Assembly (NCBI GenBank): GCA_964106915.2 | Contig: OZ066917.1 | Reading direction: 5' to 3' (one strand) | Source of the DNA: Podarcis gaigeae | Taxonomy: Eukaryota | DNA length: 64,000 bases | Shown: positions 63,906 through 64,000 of the stretch, piece by piece | Numbering within the stretch: the first letter of the stretch is position 1 | How the letters are laid out: every line of letters starts with the position of its first letter | Program-made: the position numbers and the translations under genes | Notes under the pieces: model-generated | Told to the model about the DNA's origin: nothing | Databases searched by the model: none | What the model saw: only the letters and a program-made list of their open reading frames with translations

Positions 63906-64000
63906 ATGGTTCACAAGCACCAGCCAGACCTCCTAAACCACTGCCCCGCCGGACTGCTCCAGAAATACACCATAGGAAGGCACATAACTCTGACCCATCT
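63906..64000 (+). CDS. CBLB: CBLB exon 19, partial ([25 protein letters not shown]...)
   Basis: Long polypyrimidine tract plus gtgcag acceptor; CIN85-type PxxxPR motif; truncated by the window edge. Confidence 0.96.
   Translation, partial: MVHKHQPDLLNHCPAGLLQKYTIGRHITLTH

Overview
Vertebrate genomic DNA, most likely a lacertid lizard (inferred from Sauria SINEs with ACCTTT tails, a young L2-clade LINE and squamate-type MITEs). The window holds nearly all of CBLB (E3 ubiquitin ligase Cbl-b) on the + strand. There is a CpG-island promoter with an unresolved non-coding first exon (~6650-8050), then 18 coding exons from ATG 8830 to the window end. All coding-exon junctions are GT-AG and frame-consistent, giving 920 codons: TKB, linker Y363, C3HC4 RING, proline-rich and tyrosine-motif regions. 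The UBA domain and stop lie beyond 64000. Exon numbers follow the human convention (exon 1 non-coding). The introns carry many transposon insertions. I found no convincing wholly new biological system. The strongest second-look items are: (1) a Penelope-like retroelement end carrying a minimal hammerhead ribozyme motif with a G12-to-A substitution inside a perfect 51-bp inverted repeat; (2) an exact 106-bp templated copy inserted into an L2 relic with a snap-back junction; (3) an apparent ancient duplication of the exon 16-17/18-19 module; (4) inverted SINE pairs bracketing in-frame 555-nt exon blocks (circRNA candidates); (5) a rare GAG splice acceptor; (6) a short intron that is open in frame; (7) a perfect 33-bp hairpin.
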